Positions 28,100-38,596 of a stretch of DNA of 64,000 bases are shown one piece after another. How positions within the stretch are numbered: position 1 is the first letter of the stretch; each line of letters starts with the position of its first letter. Source of the DNA: a virus. Lineage: Duplodnaviria; Caudoviricetes. Under the pieces are notes generated by a model. That model saw only the letters and a list, made by a program, of their open reading frames with translations, had not been told where the DNA came from and ran no database searches. The position numbers were made by a program, and so were the translations under genes. The DNA lies in the IMG/VR virus record IMGVR_UViG_3300011774_000001, positions 64,001 through 128,000 of that record; one strand, written 5' to 3'.

Positions 28100-30791
28100 T
28101 GAGTACCTCGTTGAGCATGCCCGGCAGAATGTCTGGTGCACGCCCGACCAGGACTTCCAGACGGTTATCGCCCCGTACCGCATTTCCGACCATCTCGGGG
28201 TGCGGGGTTCTCTGCGTGTAGAAATGGGTCAGGACATCACGATGCCTTTGTCGGATGTCAAGTTCCATGTCTTCCAGATCGGTAACTTGCACCCTGGCCT
28301 GATCGGGTTGTTCCCTCGCGCTGGTCATTGGGCGAAAGCCACTGACCACATGAATGTGCAGGGCATGATCATTCAAGTTTACGACAAGATGGGCGACAAC
28401 CTACCGCGCTTTGAAACGTGGTTCGTGGTACTCCCCAACCGTAACCTGCTGATTGCCATTGTTGACCAAGGCGATCGCTACGACCTGTTGAACAACCAAC
28501 TCTACCTGCGGTTCTACTCGAACGCTTTCTTCGAGTCCCCTCGTAGTGATGGTTATCCCCGTATCGAAAACAGCACCTACATCGAGAACCCAGACAATGA
28601 CTGGGCCAATTTGGGTGGGCTGCGTGCTCCCGGTAGCGGTGGCGATGTTTTGATCGAGGGTCAGCGCTGCAAAGTGCGCAACGACCTCATGGTCATGCAG
28701 AACCGTGTCAAGCAGTTGAAGGCCCTTGGCTTTGGTCAGGTGACCTGCATCTATAACGGTCGCCTAGTGGATGACTTCGACGGCAAGTTCTACACGGCTG
28801 CTCGGTTTAAGCCGGGTGACTGGGCAGAGATTGTCCTCGATGCTTCCATGTCCGAAGTGCTGACTTATCAGGTCAGTGCATTGGATACCTTCGACTCCAC
28901 GCTCGACGGGCTGCGTAAGTACCTCCTGCACCGCGCCACAGACGTGCTCAAGGAGATTCAGTACAAAGATGACATCGACGTATGGCTAACTCGTCCTGTG
29001 GACACAGGGCGCTTTGAGGGGCGTTACTTTAACCAGAACACTCGTCGGGCTGTTCGTCAGGTGACCCACCAGGATTGGTCGATCCCTGTTCCGTTTGTGT
29101 TGGGCTACTCTCAGTCTGGCACAGACTTCAGCGATCCATCCAAATGGACGGTACGCATCTATGTTCGTCGGTCGGGTTATTCGCGCCCCTTGAGCAATGA
29201 AGCGGCTCGTATCAATGAGTTGTATCGTTTGCCCGCTCCTCAGCGTCGTCGTGCCTTGTTGGGGATGGACTCGAACCTGCCCTTCTGGCGTGCTGATGTG
29301 TTGGAAGCTGGTCGCTACGCTTTCCTCATGAGCGACTATGCGGGAGCGTTCACGGTGGCTCAGGTGCAAGAGGCTTACGGCTACAACGCCATCAGTAAGT
29401 TGGTTGCGCCCAGTCCCCTGCCGACTGTCAACCAGAACGGCAACAAGGTGGTGATCCTGCCTGCTGGCCTGCAGCGTGAGGCAACGGTCTACGAGTACGA
29501 TGCAAACGGCTTGTTGCTTGGCTACTACCAAACGTACGGGACAATCCACTACAGCTGCCGTAACGCAGCAGCGGCCTTTGTAGAAGGTCGTGTGGGGATG
29601 GGTGGGCCAAACCTGTCCACGGTGTTCGGTGTGGGTCCTATTGCGGTCAATCCTGACTGGGATTACTTCTGCATGAAGGTGCAGATCTGGAATGGGGAGA
29701 TCACGGGTGAGTGGGAACCTGCCATTCTGGATAAGGACTACGTCATTCGGGATGGGGAGATTCGCTGGAACCTCAACGGTACTCAGTGGCTCTGCGTAAC
29801 CCGTAACAACCAGAACTTCCTGGCCTACGACATTGAACTCGATGCACGCGATGGTCTGATGATCTTCAGTGTGCAGTCTGAGGAAGCGAACGAGTACGAA
29901 CCTGCCAACCGCGTGGAAGCTGTTCCTTACGGCAAGCTGGACCTCTGGCTCAATCGTCGTCCTTTGATCGAGGGTATCGACTACGTGGTCAAGTGGCCTC
30001 AGGTGGTGATCTGCAATAAAGAGTTCCTGCGCCTGGCAGACACTCAGCTCGTGACCATTCGTTGCACTGGGCTGCCGATGGTGGACGCCAGTGGCAAGTT
30101 CTATCGTCAGCTGCCTTTGGACGTGGGCTTTGTGCAATACGGCCAGCTGTCTCGCAATAACCGCTACAACGTGCGGGCCGACAAGGTTCAGCGTATTGTG
30201 GTTCGTGGTCGGGTTAAGCGCGATGAAGAAGTCACGTACCCTGAGGACGGGCACGAGTTGTCGGTAGGTGGGATTGTCAACGGCGATCCGTATGCCGTGG
30301 AAGAGGTTATCGTACCGATTGGTACTTTCACTGTGGGTGGTACTTACCCATTGCGAGAGGCTGCTCTGGCGCGTGACCGTCAGGTTGAAGACTACATGAC
30401 CCAGTTCATCAAGGACCCGGTCGAGGAGAACTACAACCCGATCCCAGCCAAATACGACCTGTTCAGCCCGTTCCTGGCCAAAGTGATCCGTGACCTGCAA
30501 CATGGGTATCTCGTGATCGACAATGGCGAAGTACCGCTGACCAATGCTCAGGTGCGTGACAAGCTCAAGGACTACATGTACTTGCTCGACTACGATCCGA
30601 CCCGTTTGGATCTGCCGACTGACTACGTGGAAATCCATGTGCACGACAGCTACCAGATGATCACCTTGGGGGTCTACCACTTCTACCTGTTGGAGATGGC
30701 AGCTAAGCTCTGGATGCCGGGGCAGGTTGACATCAGCCGGTGGGTGGGTATTGACTCCAACTGGGTTCCGATCCCGATAGGCCCTGCATAA
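28092..30791 (+). CDS. Virion structural/baseplate protein (phiKZ gp27-like)
   Basis: YLVEHARQNVWC.P.QD N-terminus; about 900 aa; synteny. Confidence 0.75.
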   Translation: MPSEYLVEHARQNVWCTPDQDFQTVIAPYRISDHLGVRGSLRVEMGQDITMPLSDVKFHVFQIGNLHPGLIGLFPRAGHWAKATDHMNVQGMIIQVYDKMGDNLPRFETWFVVLPNRNLLIAIVDQGDRYDLLNNQLYLRFYSNAFFESPRSDGYPRIENSTYIENPDNDWANLGGLRAPGSGGDVLIEGQRCKVRNDLMVMQNRVKQLKALGFGQVTCIYNGRLVDDFDGKFYTAARFKPGDWAEIVLDASMSEVLTYQVSALDTFDSTLDGLRKYLLHRATDVLKEIQYKDDIDVWLTRPVDTGRFEGRYFNQNTRRAVRQVTHQDWSIPVPFVLGYSQSGTDFSDPSKWTVRIYVRRSGYSRPLSNEAARINELYRLPAPQRRRALLGMDSNLPFWRADVLEAGRYAFLMSDYAGAFTVAQVQEAYGYNAISKLVAPSPLPTVNQNGNKVVILPAGLQREATVYEYDANGLLLGYYQTYGTIHYSCRNAAAAFVEGRVGMGGPNLSTVFGVGPIAVNPDWDYFCMKVQIWNGEITGEWEPAILDKDYVIRDGEIRWNLNGTQWLCVTRNNQNFLAYDIELDARDGLMIFSVQSEEANEYEPANRVEAVPYGKLDLWLNRRPLIEGIDYVVKWPQVVICNKEFLRLADTQLVTIRCTGLPMVDASGKFYRQLPLDVGFVQYGQLSRNNRYNVRADKVQRIVVRGRVKRDEEVTYPEDGHELSVGGIVNGDPYAVEEVIVPIGTFTVGGTYPLREAALARDRQVEDYMTQFIKDPVEENYNPIPAKYDLFSPFLAKVIRDLQHGYLVIDNGEVPLTNAQVRDKLKDYMYLLDYDPTRLDLPTDYVEIHVHDSYQMITLGVYHFYLLEMAAKLWMPGQVDISRWVGIDSNWVPIPIGPA

Positions 30792-30813
30792 GGGCCTCAC
30801 CCTTCACGAGAGT

Positions 30814-32523
30814 ATGCGCATGTCTACTATCAATACCAATCCATCGATGCAGATCGACCGTAACCGGCCGTGGCAGTCGTGGAACATCACGCAGATCTTC
30901 GTGCCCGGTGGTGCGGGTGGTCTGATCGTGCCCAACATCGACGATGAGATCATGCAGTGGGGTAGCAACAGCTACTTCGTGTATCGCTGCTCTGACGTCG
31001 ATTACACCACGGGTAAGTCTACCCTTGAGCTGATGCATGAAACGCCTTACACACCACCTGTTGGCGTGGAAGACATCATCCTGTCCAGCGGGCCGGGTAC
31101 TCCGGTCGAAGCGTTCCGTGCCTACGTCGACAAGAGCATCAAGCCTGCGTCGATCTCGGTGGACCGTCAGTTCTACTTCTTGGGCACCATGGCCCGTTAC
31201 GTGAAGATCTTCCGCGGTACCAACACCGGTGCAACGGGTCAGGTCATCTCGGCCATGTACGATCAGAGCAATGAACTGATCGGCGAGAACATCCCGCTCA
31301 AACAAGTTGCAACCGCTAAGCTGCCGTCGGCTGGTTTGGTGGAAGCGATTGACTCGGCAGTGAAGATTGTCGAGACAGGCTTCTTGACTGTGGATGTTGT
31401 CGACAACGAGATCATCACGGTTGTTGCTTACGACGATCAGGGCAACATTGTTCAGCAACGGGCAATCACCGTCTACAACACCAGCTTCTCGGCTCAGGTT
31501 GATACCTCGCGTCGTTACGTCAAAGACATCCGTCTGAAGACACAGTTCCTGCTCGAAGGCAATGACACCGTTATCGCTGTTCCGCGGAACATGACGCTGG
31601 AGTCAATCCTGGCCATGGGTGAGGTCATCTACTCGGATGGTTCTGTTAAAGAGCTGCCGATTGATGGCACCAAGATGGCGATCCACGGGCTGTACTCCAA
31701 TCGCTACATTGCCAACTCTGATGGTGTGCGTGGTCGTGTGGTTCTGATGTACCGCCTGGATGCTGAAGAGTATCTGTACGGTGCGCAGGTGGGTGAATTC
31801 CCTCACAAGTCCGTGCCGTATTCCATCGAGTCCGTGCCGTTCGAGAAGCCTTACGCCTGCCGCATTTGGGCCTGCCCGCAATGGGTGGATGACGCCAATG
31901 GTTATCGTATGAGGTATTTCCTCTCGACCTTGCGTCGTGATCACCTCTATGACATCACTGACAAGGTGCGTTACAGCCCCGCGTCTCCGTCGTTCAACCC
32001 GCTTGCCTACGGTCAATTGCAGAACCTCGTTCTGACCGTGGACATGAGCCTGGTTGATGGTTCGTTCAAATCGTGGAAGTACGTGCAGCCTACAGGGGTC
32101 ACTCTGTTTGCGCCGGCTTCGGCTGGTGATGAAACCAGCTACACGGTCAACTACGAACCAACCGACAACACGGTGTTCGGCATCAAATTGCAGGTGAAGG
32201 GCGATTACCGTTCGGCTGGTACCTGGTTGATGGACGTGTCGATGAATGCGGGCAGTAAAGAAGACTGGCTGGACAAGATGTTCTTCAATACTCGCCCGAT
32301 CTACAACCCGACCAGTGAGCTGCGTGCCCCAGCGCCGACTCACTTCAACCTTGTGATCGCAGGGGTCAGTAAGGAGTTCTCCACTGACAACTGGAAGACC
32401 AAGCTTCTGATGAATGTCTTACCTGCGCCAGGCGAGCAGGTCCGTTTTGAATGGATCATGCGCGATGGCAACGGGGATCATCTGCTGGGCGTTAGCGCCG
32501 TTCCAATGTTCCAGATTGACTGA
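30814..32523 (+). CDS. Virion structural protein (phiKZ gp26-like)
   Basis: 569 aa upstream of terminase; synteny. Confidence 0.7.
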   Translation: MRMSTINTNPSMQIDRNRPWQSWNITQIFVPGGAGGLIVPNIDDEIMQWGSNSYFVYRCSDVDYTTGKSTLELMHETPYTPPVGVEDIILSSGPGTPVEAFRAYVDKSIKPASISVDRQFYFLGTMARYVKIFRGTNTGATGQVISAMYDQSNELIGENIPLKQVATAKLPSAGLVEAIDSAVKIVETGFLTVDVVDNEIITVVAYDDQGNIVQQRAITVYNTSFSAQVDTSRRYVKDIRLKTQFLLEGNDTVIAVPRNMTLESILAMGEVIYSDGSVKELPIDGTKMAIHGLYSNRYIANSDGVRGRVVLMYRLDAEEYLYGAQVGEFPHKSVPYSIESVPFEKPYACRIWACPQWVDDANGYRMRYFLSTLRRDHLYDITDKVRYSPASPSFNPLAYGQLQNLVLTVDMSLVDGSFKSWKYVQPTGVTLFAPASAGDETSYTVNYEPTDNTVFGIKLQVKGDYRSAGTWLMDVSMNAGSKEDWLDKMFFNTRPIYNPTSELRAPAPTHFNLVIAGVSKEFSTDNWKTKLLMNVLPAPGEQVRFEWIMRDGNGDHLLGVSAVPMFQID

Positions 32524-32530
32524 TAGAACT

Positions 32531-32558
32531 GCCCGCTCCTCCGAAAGGAGGGGCGGGT
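32531..32558 (+). terminator. GC-rich hairpin upstream of terminase
   Basis: CCCGCTCCTCC-GAAA-GGAGGGGCGGG. Confidence 0.5.
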
Positions 32559-32574
32559 ATTAGGAGCGACGATT

Positions 32575-34755
32575 ATGATTTTACATGACGGGGATATTGA
32601 CCAGTACCCCGGTGCCATTTATGACGTGCACACAAGTAACAAGAGCTTTGTGCGTTATGTGGCACTGCTTCGAAAGATGGGCGTTAAGAACGCCTACTTC
32701 TGTTTGGCCTTGTTACACCCAGAATTGCAAGGCGTAGACCCGCACGATAAGAACTTGGATGAACAGACCAAGGTGAAGATCTGGCGGGAGTGCATGGAAA
32801 ACCCGTGGTACTTCATCCGGGAAGTTATCCGTATTAAAGCGGGTGACATGATTCCGTACATCGCCAACCGTGGCAACATGGCTTTGATGTGGCTCTTCCT
32901 TAACCACATCGACATGTTCCTCATTCAGCCTCGTCAGACCGGTAAGTCGGTGGGGGCTGACTGTTTGATGTTGTGGTTGATTTACTTTGGCTGTTATAAC
33001 GTCGACATACAGCTAATCACAAAAGACGCCAAGCTTCGAACGGACAACATCCTTCGACTCAAGGCAATGCGCGACGGCATACCGCAGTGGCTGGTGCTTC
33101 ACTCCAAGGGTGACCCAGACAACACGGAAGAGATTGGTTATGAAGCGCGCAAGATGCGCTACATCGCAAAGGTACCACGTGCCTCTGCAACGGACGCTGA
33201 GAAAGTAGGTCGGGGTGCTACCTCTCCGATCCTGCAGTTCGACGAAGCCCCCTTCATCAACCACATTGGCATTACCCTACCGTCGGCGATGGGTTCCTCT
33301 ACTCGGGCCCGTGAGAACGCCAGACGCCTGGGTGCACCGTACGGTGTGCTGTACACAACCACCGCTGGTAAGATCGACAGCCGCGATGGTCGTTTCGTTT
33401 ACGACATGCTGCAGGGTGCTGCAACGTGGAACGAACGTTACATGGATGCTGGCTCGCAAGCTGCCCTTGAACAGATGATCATGGACAACTGCACCGGCGA
33501 CGTACCGCTGATGAACGTCACCATGTCTCACCGCCAGTTGGGTTACACCGACGAATGGCTGTGGGAAACCATGGCACGAAACAAAGCGTACGGCGAGATC
33601 GCAGAACGCGACTACATGAACCGCTGGACCAACGGTACCGGTAGTAACCCTATCGATGCCAAAACGTTGGAACGCATTACCAAGTCTGAGCGTGAGCCAG
33701 ATTGGGTGGAGCTGTCCAAAGAAGGGTACATGGTCAACTGGTACGTCCCGAAAGAGAAGATCCAGGAGTTCATGACCCAGCGTCGATTCATCATGGGTCT
33801 CGATACCTCCGATGCGATCGGTCGAGATGGTATTGCCATGATCATTATCGATACCCGGTCTCTGGCTGTGGTGGCGTCGGGTGTGTTCAACCGCACCAAC
33901 ATCTACCGCTGGATCAGTTTCTTGGGTGCTTTCATGTTGTCCTACCCAACGGTTACGCTCATCCCAGAGCGCAAGTCGTCGGCGCAATCGATCGTCGATG
34001 GTCTCATTCAGATTCTGGATGCGGCTGGTGTGGACCCGTTCCGTCGGATCTTCAACCACATCGTCGACAACCGCGAGCGCTACTCGGAAGAGTTTGTCAA
34101 CACCGGCAACTCCATGCTGCGTCGTCGTATGTTCGAAACCCACAAGCAACACTTCGGGTTCAACACCACAGGCGATTCTCGTACTCAGCTCTACGTCAAC
34201 GTACTCAACAGTGCGCTGGATGATGCCGCTGGCAAGATCCAAGACAAGAAGCTGTCTGGCGAGTTCAGAAGCCTTGTGGTCAAGAACGGTCGAATCGACC
34301 ACCAGACTGGCGGTCACGACGACTCCATCATTGCGTATCTCATGGCCCAATGGATGTTGCTCCATGCGAAGAACCTTTCGCACTATGGCATCCAGAAGTC
34401 GGACATTCGTACCGAAGTCATCAAAGGCAAAGACACCATCTCGGTGCAGGACATGATTCGTCAGGATCGTGCTCGCAAAATCCGCGATCAACTGGACACT
34501 TTGTTCAGTGCACTCAACGATGCCGAGTCGGATGTGGAAGCCATTCGTTACGAACACGAGATCCGTCACCTCATGTCCATTACCGTGGATATCGGGGAAT
34601 CGGCCGAGAGTATTCAGGAACTTATCGACGCTGCCACTGTGCGGCGCCGTGAGCGCCTGCGTAATCGCCGGATGGGTAGTCCAACCATGCAACCAGGCTT
34701 CGGCTGGATGCAGAACCGTGGACAAGGTTACACACCACCTTCCATGACCTGCTGA
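32575..34755 (+). CDS. terL: Terminase large subunit (phiKZ gp25-like)
   Basis: Walker A PRQTGKS, Walker B LQFDE, coupling motif YTTT, RNase-H-like MGLDTS and HDD motifs. Confidence 0.92.
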   Translation: MILHDGDIDQYPGAIYDVHTSNKSFVRYVALLRKMGVKNAYFCLALLHPELQGVDPHDKNLDEQTKVKIWRECMENPWYFIREVIRIKAGDMIPYIANRGNMALMWLFLNHIDMFLIQPRQTGKSVGADCLMLWLIYFGCYNVDIQLITKDAKLRTDNILRLKAMRDGIPQWLVLHSKGDPDNTEEIGYEARKMRYIAKVPRASATDAEKVGRGATSPILQFDEAPFINHIGITLPSAMGSSTRARENARRLGAPYGVLYTTTAGKIDSRDGRFVYDMLQGAATWNERYMDAGSQAALEQMIMDNCTGDVPLMNVTMSHRQLGYTDEWLWETMARNKAYGEIAERDYMNRWTNGTGSNPIDAKTLERITKSEREPDWVELSKEGYMVNWYVPKEKIQEFMTQRRFIMGLDTSDAIGRDGIAMIIIDTRSLAVVASGVFNRTNIYRWISFLGAFMLSYPTVTLIPERKSSAQSIVDGLIQILDAAGVDPFRRIFNHIVDNRERYSEEFVNTGNSMLRRRMFETHKQHFGFNTTGDSRTQLYVNVLNSALDDAAGKIQDKKLSGEFRSLVVKNGRIDHQTGGHDDSIIAYLMAQWMLLHAKNLSHYGIQKSDIRTEVIKGKDTISVQDMIRQDRARKIRDQLDTLFSALNDAESDVEAIRYEHEIRHLMSITVDIGESAESIQELIDAATVRRRERLRNRRMGSPTMQPGFGWMQNRGQGYTPPSMTC

Positions 34756-34793
34756 CATACGCCCCCTCCCCATCACGGGGAGGGGGCTATGCC
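34754..34793. terminator. Bidirectional hairpin + TATGCC
   Basis: GACATAC-GCCCCCTCCCC-ATCAC-GGGGAGGGGGC-TATGCC between convergent genes. Confidence 0.65.
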
Positions 34794-34794
34794 G

Positions 34795-35193
34795 TTAGGC
34801 GTTACGAATGGCTTCGATGGCCAACTTCACTGGAGCATGATCGTCTTCGGTGATCTGTGGATCAGCTTCACCCATGCGAGCCTTGAGACCCTGCAGAGAT
34901 TCACACACCGCTTGGATGAGACCCGTGGCCACTGTCAGCGACTCTACGGCCACCTGATAGTTGGTGTGGGTCACTTGGGTAGTGAACGACTCCATGACGA
35001 TCTGTGGTGGGAGAACGGCCTTGAACTGGCTGGCATGTTCTTTCGACACACCGCCAATCCCTTGGATGGCCTCTAGCTGCATCTGGAATTCCTTAGCCCG
35101 TTCATTGGCCAGGGTTTCCAGATCGTTCAATTCCTCGATAGACATGTTGGCCATTGCCGACAAGTCCACGTCTGTCAGTCCGGGAATGATCAT
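34795..35193 (-). CDS. Probable head protein with several x-x-E protease-like sites
   Basis: 132 aa; VMES, AVES, VCES, AIEA motifs. Confidence 0.6.
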   Translation of the reverse strand: MIIPGLTDVDLSAMANMSIEELNDLETLANERAKEFQMQLEAIQGIGGVSKEHASQFKAVLPPQIVMESFTTQVTHTNYQVAVESLTVATGLIQAVCESLQGLKARMGEADPQITEDDHAPVKLAIEAIRNA

Positions 35194-35202
35194 AATGGTC
35201 CT

Positions 35203-36528
35203 TTACTTGTAGTAGTTCATGGTAAGGGCACGGACCACGATGTAGAGTTCGAGGGCAGTGCGCAGGGAGGCGATCTGTGAATCAGACTTGGACAGCTTGG
35301 ACTTGCGAACAATCTCTTCAGCATAGTCACGCGCTTTGATCAAGCCTTGATCCTTCATACGGGATGCGCCGTAGAGGTCTTTGAGTTTGCTGACGAGACC
35401 AGCGAGGTTGTCCACCGACTTGATGTCGATGCGGTTCTGCTGGATGTACTCGATGGCGTGTAGGACCAGCTCTTCGGACAGCTCGTTGGTGGGGACTTTG
35501 GTGCGTCCCTTGTGTGCCTCGCAGACCCACTTCAAAAGATCCCAGAAGAGGTTCTCAGACACCGTACTGACCATCTCACGAACAATGGTCACCACCTCAT
35601 CACGGATAAAGGTGTTGGCATCATTCATCACCGACTGGATGTAGGTAACGTAGCGTTTGTTACCGTCAGTATTGGATTTGAGCATCAGCTCACCGTCAAT
35701 CACCAACGTCGAGGTTGTGGTACGAATACGCCCACCGTTACGACGAATGTCCATGTGGACCTGGAAAATCTTCTTGACCACTTCACGCAAACGGTCTTGT
35801 GGTTCAGTCACCGCGTAGGTCACACGACTGTCGGGTGCGTAGTGCGTTACCACACGGGCGTGAATACCGTTGGGTGCCAAGAAGTTCTCAGCACGGGTTG
35901 TGAACCATGCGCCCCAGCTACCCGCCTGCTTGATACCCCACTTGAGGTCGAGCGAGGCATAGGTGGCCTTGGCTTCCTCGATGGAGGCTGGCTTGTCATA
36001 CCAGTGGGACAGGAGCGAGGTGAACAGCTTTACCTGCAGCATGTAGAACACGTCGATCTTCGCTTGGTCTTTATCCTTGAGCGGGATCTTGCTGGAGGTA
36101 TGAAGGCGGTGCAGCAAATACAGCGCAGCGGTGTTGTACGGATCAGACAGACGAGCAAAGTCAGACTGAATCAGTGGCGTCTTGACGATGAGTTGGCGAG
36201 CATCGTGTTCATCGATACCCAACACGTCCTCAAAGAACACGTCACGGTCCATCTTGGTGTGCCGTACGATTTCCACACCGAGCAGGTTGCCACCGAAGAA
36301 TGCAATGTGGTCTTCGTTCTTGTTAATGAAGCCAGACTTGTAACGACGGATGCGGTCCACCAGATACTTGTCCACTACAAGGTCAACGCACAGATCATCG
36401 TAGACCTGTTTGATAGCGTCACCTGTGGCACCCAATGCCTCCAATGCCATGAGCGGGGCTGGGTTGTTATGGTGGGCTCTGTCGAACTCTTGGTCGAACC
36501 CGTAGGTACTTAACAGTTGGTATGACAT
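35203..36528 (-). CDS. Conserved jumbo-phage virion protein (phiKZ gp32 / SPN3US gp262-like)
   Basis: NKNEDHIAFFGGNLLGV motif; 441 aa; convergent with terminase. Confidence 0.75.
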   Translation of the reverse strand: MSYQLLSTYGFDQEFDRAHHNNPAPLMALEALGATGDAIKQVYDDLCVDLVVDKYLVDRIRRYKSGFINKNEDHIAFFGGNLLGVEIVRHTKMDRDVFFEDVLGIDEHDARQLIVKTPLIQSDFARLSDPYNTAALYLLHRLHTSSKIPLKDKDQAKIDVFYMLQVKLFTSLLSHWYDKPASIEEAKATYASLDLKWGIKQAGSWGAWFTTRAENFLAPNGIHARVVTHYAPDSRVTYAVTEPQDRLREVVKKIFQVHMDIRRNGGRIRTTTSTLVIDGELMLKSNTDGNKRYVTYIQSVMNDANTFIRDEVVTIVREMVSTVSENLFWDLLKWVCEAHKGRTKVPTNELSEELVLHAIEYIQQNRIDIKSVDNLAGLVSKLKDLYGASRMKDQGLIKARDYAEEIVRKSKLSKSDSQIASLRTALELYIVVRALTMNYYK

Positions 36529-36580
36529 GATGGGTTCCCTAGGGGATTAACGGACTATACGATAGAACCTGATTTAAAGA

Positions 36581-36610
36581 GATTTCAAACCTAGATTACC
36601 AACATGAATG
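36581..36610 (+). promoter_or_regulatory. Putative early (vRNAP) promoter, copy 3
   Basis: GATTTCAAACCTAGATTACCAACATGAATG. Confidence 0.6.
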
Positions 36611-36665
36611 ACAGTCAATAATGATCGTTGTTCTAACTATTCCCACGTCCTAAGGAGGACATGCC

Positions 36666-37556
36666 ATGAAACAAGCGAACATTACTTTCATCGAAGGTGT
36701 TGACGGTGCCCTGATCTTCCAATACGAAGGTCGCAACTTCCTTTACGCTGGTCGTAAGGATGGCCTGATGTATGGCATCTCCACGGCTGGCAACAACTGG
36801 AAGCACCTGCTGGAGGACGCTGGTAATCGTGAGTACGAGAAGGTTGGTGAGCGGGCTGCCAAGCTTGGCTTGGACTTCATGACCTTTGATCTGGGGGTTC
36901 TCAAGATCGATGCTGTCGCCAAGCTATCGGATCTGATGGAGACCTACGATGACTTCGAAGGTCTGGGTGTCATGACCATCAGCAAAACCGATTGCCGTTC
37001 TCCAGACGGTATCACCATCGGGTTGATCGATGGCATGATCGCCATGGCTCGGGTGCTGCGTAAGGCCAACCTCGGCGCAGCAGAAGTACAGGAGGCTCTC
37101 AAGGACTTCACCGCCGATGAGGATGTGAAGTGGCTGATGGAGCACTCGGTACAGAACTGGGAGTTCGGTGAGGAGGTCGATAAGGACTGGCAGTTAGGCG
37201 ATCCTCTGACACCTGTAGTTGTCATTCCTGAGGCAGCTCTTCAGTCCGCTGGAGAGCAGTCGAAAGAAGGCATGTTCAAGGTGGAGTACGCCCAGAAGAC
37301 CTGGCCATGCGGTTGGGATCAGGAGGACTCTGTGGCTGAGTTCGCTAACCGGGACGAGCTGAACACTTGGCTGCTGGGCAAGATCGAGTGGTGCAAGTAC
37401 GAGGAGAACGGCTTCCGCTGCCGCGTCTACTTGTACAAGGACAACTTCCCGTACTCGGTTGGTAAGGGTGAGTGGACTGACAAACAGTTCGCTGACGTAG
37501 GTCTCAACTGGAAGCCTACTGTTGAAATCCTGGCCGACATGGAATGGATGAAGTAA
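36666..37556 (+). CDS. Hypothetical protein
   Basis: 296 aa; hairpin SD leader. Confidence 0.75.
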   Translation: MKQANITFIEGVDGALIFQYEGRNFLYAGRKDGLMYGISTAGNNWKHLLEDAGNREYEKVGERAAKLGLDFMTFDLGVLKIDAVAKLSDLMETYDDFEGLGVMTISKTDCRSPDGITIGLIDGMIAMARVLRKANLGAAEVQEALKDFTADEDVKWLMEHSVQNWEFGEEVDKDWQLGDPLTPVVVIPEAALQSAGEQSKEGMFKVEYAQKTWPCGWDQEDSVAEFANRDELNTWLLGKIEWCKYEENGFRCRVYLYKDNFPYSVGKGEWTDKQFADVGLNWKPTVEILADMEWMK

Positions 37557-38132
37557 ATGCAAGTAACTGTCCTACCTCCACAACCGGATGGTAAGCAGTT
37601 GACTGCTCGGCATGTCGTCAAGACTCTTGGTGAACATGCCGCAGCTTTCATGCTGGCCAACAACATCCGTGGGTTCCAGAAGGATGATGACTACGTCTTG
37701 CGAGACGATCTGGTCATGGACATCCTCCTGGGCATCGCTTGTACCACCGGACTCACTCGGACCCAAGCCAAAGAGTTTGGGTTCAAGATACGGGTCCTTA
37801 CCAAAGCTGCTGGGATTAAAGTCAGTTTGTCTGAATGCTTTAACCTGGTGGCCAGGGCGCTGGGCTACCATGCCTACAACCTAGCCCATATGTGTTCAGA
37901 TGAGGAAGGCTTCATCGAGAACCTGTGGGCTTATGGTGTTATCATCAATACACAGATGCTGGATGCTGATGATGACAAATCGGTCATGCGAACTAACCGT
38001 CAACACTGGCGAATGCTCGTGGATCGGCGCAAGAAGAACTCCGGTCAGAAGATCATCAAACCGGATATGTCGGAAAAGAAATCTACTCGTTTAAAACGTG
38101 AGCGTGCTCGGCCAATCGAGTACCGCGTTTAA
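37557..38132 (+). CDS. Hypothetical protein with a helical 'glyoxalase-superfamily-associated' (Glyoxalase_8-like) segment
   Basis: AK..G..IR...K.AG..VS.S....LVA.ALGY..YN pattern. Confidence 0.55.
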   Translation: MQVTVLPPQPDGKQLTARHVVKTLGEHAAAFMLANNIRGFQKDDDYVLRDDLVMDILLGIACTTGLTRTQAKEFGFKIRVLTKAAGIKVSLSECFNLVARALGYHAYNLAHMCSDEEGFIENLWAYGVIINTQMLDADDDKSVMRTNRQHWRMLVDRRKKNSGQKIIKPDMSEKKSTRLKRERARPIEYRV

Positions 38133-38158
38133 TCCCCAAGATCTAAGGAGATCTAAAA

Positions 38159-38572
38159 ATGGCTTTCAAAGACTACTCCCCTAAATCCCTGCTGACCGGT
38201 GGTTTCCTCGTAGCAGTGTGCTTTGCCATCATGACCTTCTTGTTCATGCTGGCGTACCGGATCGTGGGTCAATTGCCGACCAACGTCTTGACCGTTCTCT
38301 CGGTGGTGTACTTCATCTGGCAGTTCTTCCACTTTGCGAGCAATCCCAAAAAGGAAGATGAGTACATCAACAATCTGGCCCGAGTCTACAGCTACTCGTG
38401 GGCCAAGCACTTCAACGCAATCATGATGTTGGTAAACGGTGCGGCGCTGTTGGCCTTGTTCATTTTGGGCTGGTGGTTCGTGCTGGTCGTAGGTGTTGTA
38501 ACTTCGGCGATCGTGTGGAAACACTTCGACCGAGCTGAAGCCCGGTACATCGCTTCTGTTGTTGCTAACTAA
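38159..38572 (+). CDS. Multi-pass membrane protein (about 4 TM)
   Basis: Four hydrophobic segments; hairpin SD leader. Confidence 0.7.
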   Translation: MAFKDYSPKSLLTGGFLVAVCFAIMTFLFMLAYRIVGQLPTNVLTVLSVVYFIWQFFHFASNPKKEDEYINNLARVYSYSWAKHFNAIMMLVNGAALLALFILGWWFVLVVGVVTSAIVWKHFDRAEARYIASVVAN

Positions 38573-38596
38573 TCCCCCAACTTCGAGGTAGTCGTC

